Shown here piece after piece: positions 48,853 through 59,000 of a stretch of 64,000 bases of DNA (the stretch's first letter is position 1; every line of letters starts with the position of its first letter). The stretch lies in contig DAHXMW010000003.1 of NCBI GenBank assembly GCA_027371545.1, forward strand, positions 9,831 through 73,830, in the 5' to 3' direction. Both the position numbers and the translations under genes were made by a program. Source of the DNA: Candidatus Micrarchaeota archaeon. GTDB lineage: Archaea > Micrarchaeota > Micrarchaeia > Micrarchaeales > CABMGC01. The notes beneath the pieces were generated by a model. That model was not told the origin of the DNA, made no database searches, and saw only the letters and a list, made by a program, of their open reading frames with translations.

Positions 48853-50085
48853 TCAGGCACTTTCTGAAGCTTCAGAATCGCTTGGATATGAGGAGTAGAG
48901 CAGTGCTATTGCCTCTGATATTGCTTTTTCCCTGCTTGCACCTTCCTGCGAGAGCACCTCGAAGAGATCGTTGGGTTTTATGGGCAGAGTATAACCTCTC
49001 TTCCGCAGGTTCTCGAGGAAGAGCTCCATGCCATAATCTTTTATAGACATGTCTTTTAGCTTCCCGCTCCTGAGTTCCTGGGCTTCTGCGTCTTTTCCTA
49101 TCTCCTCTGCGCCTATCTTGCTTCCTATCTCCACTATTGCCGTCTCCTTGAGCTCTTCTTCTAGCCTCTTAGGCTGCAGCTCCAGGTTCAGTGAGCCTTC
49201 CCTGAGCTTTCCCGATATCTCCACCCTTACTATGGGCTTAGAATCCGAAGCTGAAGCTATATCCTTCACCTTCTCCTCTATGGCCCTTCGCACCTCGCCT
49301 GCGGAGCGGTTTGAAGCATCCTCTCTTATAAGCACGAATTTCCTTGAGTCTATGTATTTGAAGGAGAATGATCTAGAGGCGGTGTCGTATATATAGAAGC
49401 CCTTACCCTCCTGCTCCCCTTCCTTGAGTTGCGTGAGCACTGTGCTTCCGGGGATCAGGAAGTCGCTTCCGTGAAGTTTCTTCTCCACCCTTCCGTGTAT
49501 ATGGCCGCAGACATAGAGGTCGAATCCCTTAGGCAGCATCTCCATCCTGAGGAATGTATCGCTGAATGGCAGAAGCTCGTACAGGGACTGGTGGAACATA
49601 AGTATGTTAAAGGCGCCTGGCTCTGGCCCAGGATTGAGTTTGGATAAAACTTCTCCGAAGCGTTCCTCGGAGACACCTGCTATCCCATAGATGCTCACCT
49701 TCTCGCCGTCTTTTTCCAGCGTTGTGCGCCTGTTGCTTGCATCTATAACGAATCCCGCTATTGAGAGAATGCTTACAGGGTTCTCGATGTCCTGTGCCCT
49801 GCGCTCATGCGTTCCTGGTATTACCACTATAGGGGCCTTTTTGCCATCGGCTTCATGGTCAGCAGGTTTTGCTGCCCATCTCACTTCAGAGAAGTCCCTG
49901 AAGAGGCGCATGGCAGATGCTATAACATCGGGCTTTGGAGTGCGGTTATCAAATATATCCCCCGGTATAAGAACTGCATCGGCATTATCATGCGCGGCTT
50001 CCAGCGCTTTGCGTGCCTGGAGAAGCGCATCATCGCTGAAGCGCTCATAGCCTATGTGAAGATCCGATATTATTGCGAGCCTCAA
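48853..50085 (-). CDS. mre11: Mre11/SbcD-family nuclease
   Basis: SDLHIG, GDIFD, GTHE, FHQ, GHIH, PGS. Start refined to TTG 50085. Confidence 0.85.
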   Translation of the reverse strand: MRLAIISDLHIGYERFSDDALLQARKALEAAHDNADAVLIPGDIFDNRTPKPDVIASAMRLFRDFSEVRWAAKPADHEADGKKAPIVVIPGTHERRAQDIENPVSILSIAGFVIDASNRRTTLEKDGEKVSIYGIAGVSEERFGEVLSKLNPGPEPGAFNILMFHQSLYELLPFSDTFLRMEMLPKGFDLYVCGHIHGRVEKKLHGSDFLIPGSTVLTQLKEGEQEGKGFYIYDTASRSFSFKYIDSRKFVLIREDASNRSAGEVRRAIEEKVKDIASASDSKPIVRVEISGKLREGSLNLELQPKRLEEELKETAIVEIGSKIGAEEIGKDAEAQELRSGKLKDMSIKDYGMELFLENLRKRGYTLPIKPNDLFEVLSQEGASREKAISEAIALLYSSYPSDSEASESA

Positions 50086-50160
50086 TATACCACGGCAGCG
50101 GATAAAACGCAGTATGATATCAAACTGGCAAGGTATATATTGATTGATGGAGAGTGGATT

Positions 50161-52173
50161 ATGATGGATCCTGGCATACATATTGATAGACATCGCAATC
50201 TGCATCTGCCGCTTTGCATTCTTTCTTTTCTCCTGTTTTTTTCTGGCGCAGGTTTTGCCAGCAGCGGAAGTAGCATAGCCGCAAATGTTACAGTCTTCTG
50301 CCAGCTTCATGTCTCAATTTCTGCAAACGCATTTTATGTGATAGGCACCAACGCGTCATTTCCATATTCATACAACTCAGTTGGAGGCTGCACTACCTCA
50401 GAGCTGAATGGGAGCATCGGCCTTTATAGGCAGCCAGCAAACTCCCTTGCATATTCAAGACAATTCCCTCTATCCCCTGCATCCAGTGCAGTGCAGTCCA
50501 ACACTGCATTGGTAAATACATCAAAGTTCGAATACGGGAATTATACTGCAGTATTTAACGTTTCTTATGTGGGCTACCATAATGAGAGCACAGCTAAGTT
50601 CGCGCTTCTCCTCCCTGCAAATATAGCCATAGGCCCTGTACAAGTTCCACAGAGCGTACTCCAGGGATCGCAGCTTGAGCTGCAGATAAACGAGACAAAC
50701 AAGGGCAATCTCTCGTCCACAAATGGCACTATGAATATAGATATACGTGGGCCTGTTAGCAAAGATTATTCGTTTGCGGTTAATGGCCTTACGCCAGGAG
50801 GGAGCGGCTCTCAGGATTTTGTGCTTAACGGGGTTACAGGAGCAACAGGCGCATATTCCTTGATTATTTACATGAATTACACTTCGGGAGGTCTCAAGCT
50901 GCACAGCAACAATTTTACCGCCTCTTATACTGTCTTCAGCAATCAGCCACAGCAGCCAAGCGCGCCTCCTCCGCCTCCACCGCACATTGAGATATTGTAT
51001 GCACCTTTCTACATCTCCGCGCCTTTTGGACAGACAGTATATTCGCAGATAGAGGTCAAAAACAACGGTACGGTTGGCGAGTACATAAACGTAAGCACGC
51101 CATTTGGATACAGGAACATAGCCAATATATCTTCGGGCAGAGGTTACCTTGCTCCTGGAGAAGAGCTGTTTGTGAGCACCGCTTTCACCGCTTCTAGGCA
51201 TGTGCAGGGAGTATATAGCGTGCCTATAATTGTATCTGCAAGGAGCACCTATGGGTCGCCATACAACTCGACTGCGTATTACGAATTTTACATGTATAAT
51301 TCCAGCTCGATAGGGCATGCAATAACCGAAGAGCTTAGTGCCTCAAACGGTTATACTAATGCGTCTGGAAGCATACACGTTAACCTTAGCGTTAACTCAA
51401 CAGGATTGTACAATTATACACTTATGGTGTACCTTCCTCAGGAAGTCACAAGTTCCATCTCGAACATAAAGGCGTACGGCTTCCCGAACCACGTAAGCTA
51501 CAGCAGCGGCTATTACGTGATAAGCTGGAGCATTCCAGCAGTGGCATCCGATAATTATGTATACTATTCAATATCCAATGTGACTGACCCTTATCTCCTT
51601 GAGCAGTCAACTGAGAGGCTCGAGTATCAAAGACGTGTTTCCTTTTCCTCAGCAGCCTCGCTTGTAAATTTTGTTTCTAAACCAGTATATGTAGGCGGGA
51701 ACGGATCTATTAATTTCTCATTTGTATATACAGGTGCGCATGCGGCAAATGTACTTTTATCTGCAGCTGCGCCAGAAGGGATATACCTTGCCAGCGGTGC
51801 AAAAGAATACCGTGCTGCTCCGGATAGCGTAGTGAATGGGGAGTTCCCTTTTGTTGCAGGATACTCTCCGGGATCTTATTCCGCATACATCAACATTACC
51901 ATAGGCAATAATACGAAGAGTTATACTGTTATCGAAGAGGTGCTTACAAGGCAGGTATACACCTCTACGACTACAACGATCCAGGCGCAGCCTGGCGTAA
52001 CAGTAAACTATTCCGGGTTCCTCGGATATGCTTACAAAAGCCTTCTAGCCACACTTGGCATCCTTATAATAGTAGCAAGCATAATTAAGATTCGCAGCAG
52101 GCCGGTATATAGAAGATGGAGGGTCGAGAGGCTTGAGAAGATAAGAAGAGAGATGGATGATGGAGATGGGTAG
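50161..52173 (+). CDS. Membrane-anchored multi-Ig (CARDB-like) surface protein; candidate fimbrial anchor
   Basis: Signal peptide ending GFA, Ig-like modules (NETNKGN, VKNNGT), poly-Pro linker, C-terminal TM and basic tail. Start refined to ATG 50161. Confidence 0.75.
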   Translation: MMDPGIHIDRHRNLHLPLCILSFLLFFSGAGFASSGSSIAANVTVFCQLHVSISANAFYVIGTNASFPYSYNSVGGCTTSELNGSIGLYRQPANSLAYSRQFPLSPASSAVQSNTALVNTSKFEYGNYTAVFNVSYVGYHNESTAKFALLLPANIAIGPVQVPQSVLQGSQLELQINETNKGNLSSTNGTMNIDIRGPVSKDYSFAVNGLTPGGSGSQDFVLNGVTGATGAYSLIIYMNYTSGGLKLHSNNFTASYTVFSNQPQQPSAPPPPPPHIEILYAPFYISAPFGQTVYSQIEVKNNGTVGEYINVSTPFGYRNIANISSGRGYLAPGEELFVSTAFTASRHVQGVYSVPIIVSARSTYGSPYNSTAYYEFYMYNSSSIGHAITEELSASNGYTNASGSIHVNLSVNSTGLYNYTLMVYLPQEVTSSISNIKAYGFPNHVSYSSGYYVISWSIPAVASDNYVYYSISNVTDPYLLEQSTERLEYQRRVSFSSAASLVNFVSKPVYVGGNGSINFSFVYTGAHAANVLLSAAAPEGIYLASGAKEYRAAPDSVVNGEFPFVAGYSPGSYSAYINITIGNNTKSYTVIEEVLTRQVYTSTTTTIQAQPGVTVNYSGFLGYAYKSLLATLGILIIVASIIKIRSRPVYRRWRVERLEKIRREMDDGDG

Positions 52174-52935
52174 ATGGGAAGGCCGTATCTTATAAGGATA
52201 TCGTCGCAGAAGGGGGGCGTTGGCAAGACTGTGGTAGCGGTTAATTTTGCTGCAGCGCTGCAGCAGATGGGAAAGAGCGTCCTTCTTGTAGATGTGGATT
52301 TTACCAATCCTTCCGTAGGTATAGACCTCGGGCTCGAGGATATATATGCGGGATCTTTGGAAGTGATAAGGGGCAAGGTAAGGATATCAGAGGCGGTTGT
52401 AAAGGATAGAAGAACAGGATTGATAATCCTTCCGGGAAGGCTGAGTTCCAAGCAGGTGAGCCTTAATGATAAGGATGTCCACGCCTTTGCAGAGAACCTC
52501 AGGAGCACGAACTTCGACTTCGTAGTTATAGATACTGCGCCTGGGGTAATATCCGACGAAGCTGTGAAGTCCTATGATGAGGCGTTTATACTTACCACGC
52601 CTGATTTCCCATCATGCACCAGCGCGATGAGGCTCTCGAAAGTTTACAAGAAGTTTGGCATCAAGCAGAGGCTCGTGGTGAACAGGGTGCAGAACATGAG
52701 CTATGAGCTCACGATACGCGAGATTGAGGAGATATACGGAAATAGCGTCTTCTGCGTACTTAGGGAAGATAGCATCGTGCCAATCAGCGTCTCTGAGAGG
52801 ACTGCCGCATATGCAATGAAAAAGAATTCGATGTTCTGCAAGGACATAAGGCATATGGCACTTAGCTTTTCCGGAAAGGAAAGCCAAAAGGAAGGCGGCT
52901 TTCTTGCCAGAATCACTGGTATCTTTAGCAAGTAA
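52174..52935 (+). CDS. minD: MinD/ParA-family ATPase
   Basis: Deviant Walker A KGGVGKT, VDVD, IDTAPG, VVNR; C-terminal amphipathic helix GFLARITGIF. Confidence 0.88.
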   Translation: MGRPYLIRISSQKGGVGKTVVAVNFAAALQQMGKSVLLVDVDFTNPSVGIDLGLEDIYAGSLEVIRGKVRISEAVVKDRRTGLIILPGRLSSKQVSLNDKDVHAFAENLRSTNFDFVVIDTAPGVISDEAVKSYDEAFILTTPDFPSCTSAMRLSKVYKKFGIKQRLVVNRVQNMSYELTIREIEEIYGNSVFCVLREDSIVPISVSERTAAYAMKKNSMFCKDIRHMALSFSGKESQKEGGFLARITGIFSK

Positions 52936-53025
52936 GTCATGCGTATGGGTTTATTTTTTTTGTTGCGTAGTACTAGATAGGTGCGAGGAGATGCGCACTC
53001 TAAAATAAGATGAGAGTAGTAGGAT

Positions 53026-56000
53026 ATGGAAAAGGCTGCCGCTTTGATAATGCTTCTTGTGCTTATCTTTGGAGCCGCTTTACTATTTGGCACAGCAGGC
53101 GCACAGAAAGCAGTGCATGGTGACGTGTATTCCTTCGCTGGAACAAGCAACTCTATACAAAATACTTCCATAAAGAATTCCAGAGGTAATTATACATCTG
53201 CAGGCGCATATACGGCCTACGGGGTTACTGCACCGAACGGGAAGGACTACAGTTCATCGATAAAGGTAGCGTCGGGATATTCAAACAGCACTATAAATTA
53301 TAGCAGTTCAGGAGCACAGCCATCTGCCAGCTTTCCGCCTCTTATAGAGTATTATATACCGATAAGGCTGGAAAATACAGAGAATATAAGCACGCAGGCC
53401 CCATTCCAGCAGGAGATTCTAATAAACAGCTCCAAGTACGCACAGATGGAGAATGGAAATCTGAGCAATATAGAGTTTTTTTATTATAATGGCACGATAA
53501 TAGACTCATGGCTTGAAGGAAGTGCTTCAAACAATAAGCTCAATGATCCGCAGAACGCAAGCAGACTGAACACCTCTACTGATACAGTATATTGGCTTAA
53601 CATAAGTTCTGGGATTGCTGCAGATTCTAACCTAACAGTATATATGGGCTTTGCCAATCTCAGCGATGTGCTGATAAATGGCTACAGCACGGGCGAGGCG
53701 CCGCAGCTCTCGCAGGCATATGGGAAGTATGACAATGGCGCAGATGTATTCAGCATGTACTACAATGGCAGCGGCACTGGAAACCTCTCGCTTGTTAATG
53801 GAGGCACGCTGAGCAGCGTGTCGATGGTGGACCCTTACGGGATTACGTCCAACGTTATACAGATAACTGGCAATGGGTCCACATCCAAGTCCCCTGAGAC
53901 AGTGGCGTGGGACAGGATGCCGCTGGGCTACAACTCATTTGTCATCGAAGGCTGGGGTGACATAGGAACCAACCTGAATGCGCTCTTTTCTGTAAGGGGA
54001 AACTCATCTTCATCGCTAAGCAATTATATAGTAGGGGACGGATGGATGGGGGATGAGGCCGTAGTTGCTTACCTATCTTCCGGAGCCAATACCGCGCTCT
54101 GCAGTACGGGCAGCAGGAATGCAGGCTGGTATTGGATAGAGGGCATAGTCAACAGCACTGATCTGGCTTCTTATATTTACAATCGTGCCCCTGAAGAAGG
54201 AGGCACACTAGTTGCAAACTGCACAGCAAGCAGTTCTTTGATGGGCCCGCAGAATAAGTATGCCGGCATAATAACGTGGGCCGGGCTTACAAACCCTGCC
54301 TATTTTGCCATGATTCGCGTCAGGGCTTACCCTCCTGATGGAGTAATGCCGCATGAGTATATAGGCAATGTAAGCCAAGTGCCATCATTAAGCATACAGC
54401 TGCCTGCACAGGCCATGTATGGAGAAGAGTCAACGATAAGAGCGAGTGCGTCAAACGGTAATGCTGGCGTGATGATAAAGATTGATGGGAAGACTGTCGC
54501 ATCTGGGAATGGAAGCGCAGAGTATGGAATATGTGCTGGTGGCTCACAGACATGCCTTACTCCTGGAACGTATAACATTACAGTCATGAATCCTGGAACA
54601 GGAAGAAAGGTTATGGAGCATCTGGATATTGCAAAAGGAATCCTGCACCTTATGATAAATGCAGACAGCGCAGGATTCGGGGCACCCAACGCGACTGGGA
54701 AGATATACGTTCCAATAAACCCTTTGCAGCACACTTACAGCATAAGCCTGCACTTATACTCTAATGTAGAGGCGGGAAACAAACTTGGCTACGCGTGGAG
54801 CGCGTTTGAAGGCTCGCGGAGCATAGGGCAGGGCTCCAACACAACCGAGAATCTATCTGAATATCTCAATTACAGCAACATACCGGTGAGCGACAACCTA
54901 TCCGTATACCTAAGCTCTTCTTCCAACCAAAATTACAGTGCTGAAGACCCTAATATCTTCGTAGTGCCTACACCAATAGTATACTATGTGCGGGTAGCTA
55001 TAACAAACTTAAACACTAATGCGATACCCGGACCTTTTCAGCAGATAGTGCCTATAAACGCACTCAATTACACGCCATGGGAAGCGCCCAACCTGCAGAA
55101 TGTGATGTTCTTCTACAAGAACGGCACAGTAATCCCCTCATGGCTTGAGTCGGGAAGGCTTGAGAATGGCAATTATATATATAATTATTCTGAATCCGGA
55201 AGCCTAAACAAATCGTGGAACACAACATACTGGATAAAGCTTTCAAATGGGCTTCCTGTAAGTAGCTCAACGCATATTTATATGGGCTTTGCTTACAAGA
55301 ACACCAATCTCCTGAATAACATAACCACTGGCGAGAACCCAACGCTAAGCAAGACTTATGCGGAATATGATGATGGATATAATGTCTTCAACTTCTACAG
55401 CGACTTCCGCGGCACAACGCTTAATACGAACAAGTGGGTAAATAATACGGTAAATACTGGATACGGCAAGATCATCGTAGACAATGGGCTGACCGTAGTG
55501 AAGAGCGGCAAGACAGGTGTGATTGGAAACACCCCTGAGATTTACTCGCTTAGGAAGCTTGGGCAGGGCATACTAGATTTTTTTGGGAATTTCTCCCCGT
55601 CGCAGCCTAATGGCCAGTGGAGCGTGTTTGGTTATGTGTCAACTGAGCCAAATTCCATCAACGGAAATACCAATCTCAGCATCGTTGGTGGGATTGGTTT
55701 GAATCCAGAAGAGTATGGGCTCCTGACTTGGAATGCAGTTACTATAGGAAAGGCTACTGGCTTGGCGTTTGGTGGATACAGGCTTTATTCCATACAGGTG
55801 CCCGCAAACAATACGGCTACAGTTAATGCAATGGTGAATTATACTGGTTTAATAACATCTAGCACAGGTATCCCTGTGTTCCCATTGAACATAGGCGGGT
55901 TTGCGCAGAATAGCACATATGAGATCAGGTGGGTGAGACTAAGGGCGTATCCAGATTTAAGCAATAATATACAGCCATTCGTCGTGTATAGTGGCACAGA

Positions 56001-59000
56001 GTCTTATACGTCGTATGCTTTAGGCACGAGCAGCGGTCAGGAACAGAGCAGCATCTCGCTGAATTTCCCTACAGGATACAAGACGTATTTATATGCAGCT
56101 GGGGACGGAGGGAATAATAGGAGTACGGGGATGAGCGTAAACTGGACAGTAGAAGCTTCAGATTCCGTAGTGGTAGGGAGTACTACAAAGGGTAAAACAA
56201 CAACTGATTATTACGATAATTCAAGCGTAGGCTACTCTACTTATAATGTCGGCAATGCAAGTTCCCCTTCTGCAGTGCAGGGATTCGCAATAGCAGGTAT
56301 TGCAATAAACGCAAGCCCTAGCAGTCTTGCATTTTACACTGGCAATGGAAATGTTGCTGGGACTTACAACTCCGTCCTCACTTATACGGTAGCAACATCA
56401 GGCAGCGATGTATACATAGTAGCCGCAGGGGGCAATTCAAGTCTGGCAGTTTTCAAGATGCCGGACAGTAGATGCAGCGGCGTAGGCGGTTCTAATTATT
56501 CTTCTGGATTTGCGAGCTCTTGGGCCATAGAATGCCTCAACCAGAGCGCTGGCACTTACTCTATAAATTTCACAAGCGGGGGATTTACTACTGGTTCTCC
56601 CGGACCTAATGGAAATGCGGCTTCCGAGCTTGCCGCTGTAGAAGCGCCAAGCGAGAAGAGCATATTTAACGAAAAAGGGCTTCCTGGCGGATACAGATGG
56701 GATGTAACCTACGATTCTGAGACATTTAATGGGGTCTCGCCTGGTGGAGTCGGAGCTACTACTGCGCCGGGAAATTACCTTTACAGCGTGCCTGACCAGA
56801 GCATAGGCGGGTTCCTGTATACGCCTTCGGTGAGCAGCGGATACCTTGTAGCAGGGAATACAACAAACGTGACTTTCACCAAGAGCGCGGTGGTAGTCCC
56901 TTCAGGCATAGTCTCTTATGTACCGATAAATTTCACGAACAACCAGACCATTGCAACGCCGGCGCCGTTCCAGCAGATGCTTATTGTCAACAGCTCCAAC
57001 TACTCAGCTTACGAGGCAGGAAACCTACAGAATACGGAGTTCTTTTACGGGAATGGAACAGTAGTGCCGTCGTGGCTTGAAGCCAACAATACAAACAGCT
57101 CTTATCACACAATTTATTGGCTGAAGCTTGCCGCTGGTGTACCATCCAATGCAAACTTTACAGTGTTTATGGGTTGGGCATCGAAAACTACAAATCTCTT
57201 CAACGGCAATAATATAGGTGAGGCGCCGCAGCTCTCCGGCACCTATGCGGAATACGACAGCGGCTACAGGGTCTTCAACTTCTACAGCGACTTCCGCGGC
57301 ACAGCGCTAAATACGAGCAAGTGGTCTGAGACTACAGGAACAGGCGGAAGCTACAGCGTGAACGATGGACTGACGATTGGGGAGAAGGACAATTACATGA
57401 CCCTTGTACAATCTCTCACAGACTTTTCCAACCCAGAGATTGTAGAGACCGATGTCAATTCAAATATAATGACTACGAACTATCAGGGGGCTGCACCTTT
57501 TACCGGAGTCGGGTACAGCGGAGCTGGAGATGGCATTAGCTCAGGATATGCTTACTGGGATCTCTTCCTGACGAATACCTCTGCCAACCCGGCATACACC
57601 TTCGCACCTACGTGGTTCCTTGCAAATGATACCACGTACATGGACAGATATCCTGCGCCCATCTTCTCCCTAAACGGAATATTGGGCGGGGTGTGGCTTG
57701 CTACTGGAGACGAGGCAATGTATTATAATTACAGCAGGGTTACCACATGGGACAATACCGGTAACAAACTACAGGTAACTCCGATAGGCGTAGAGGCGAC
57801 AGGAGTAAGCGGCGGCTCTACAAACCCATGGTATGCGACATTCCATTGGGTACGGGTAAGAGCATATCCCCCTAATGGAGTAATGCCTCACGCACACTTT
57901 GGCACTGTAGTATCATCCTCGCCGCTCACAAGCTTCAAGGAATTCGGGCTGTTTGATAATGGAGAGACTTGGAGCGTAACTTATAATGGAGTTACGGAGA
58001 GCGCAGTGGCGCCTAACAACATAGTATTCTCCACAGCACCTGGCTCTTACCAGTTCTCGATACCTAGCGTATCCGAAGGCAATATCTTACAGTCTCCAAG
58101 CGCTTCGAGCGGAAGTCTTAAGGCAGGAAATACCACATTTGTAGCTGCATTTTCTTGCAAAAGCACTGTGTCTTCACCTTCCACAGTCCCTTCGGGCATA
58201 GTCAAATACTTCCCATTGACGCTATGCAACCTCCAGAATTCTTCTACGCCGGCGCCGTTCCAGCAGATGCTTGTAGTCAACAGCCTCAATTACTCATTGT
58301 ATGCGACCAGCAACTTAAACAACGTGGAATTTTTCAATGCGAGCGGATCAGTAATACCAAGCTGGATGGAGGGCAACTCATCCAACATGATGCAGAGTTC
58401 CAACCTATATACAAGCAATGACATAGTTTACTGGCTTAAGATAACGAATGGGATTCAAGCGCAGAACTCGCTGGAGCTCTTCATGGGCTTTGCGGGCAAT
58501 GTCATCTCCTCTTCGAACGATCTACTTAATGCACATCTTACTGGTGAGGCGCCGCAGCTCAGCCCATCCTACGGCGAATACGACGACGGTGCAAACGTAT
58601 TTACACTTTATGACAATTTTACAGGCACCTCGCTAAATACGAGCAAATGGAAAGAAGGCATAGGCTCTTACGGATCGCTTTCCATGAATAACGGGCTTAC
58701 CCTTACCGAGGCGCCTACAGCAACAGGAAAGCTAAATTATACGTACATCCAATCCTTAGCTACCTTATCATATCCCTCAGTAGTAGAGACTTATGCGAAG
58801 TCGGCTGATATGAGCACAATCGCTGATGAGCTGGGGCCGTTCATAGGAACAGGCGCTGTTTCAGGCCTTGTCGATGGAGTCAATGCAGGATACGCATATA
58901 ACATAGAGAACCTCAGCGTAAACCAGCGGCCATATTACATACTTACCAACAGCACAAGATATGTCGCGAGCAACGTAAGCTCTGAGACGATAAATGGTAT

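Noticed and set aside
49807-50310. Apparent 500-bp overlap of mre11 and the 788-aa ORF
   Set aside because: Artefact of maximal ORF extension; motif- and signal-based starts (50085 minus, 50161 plus) remove the overlap.
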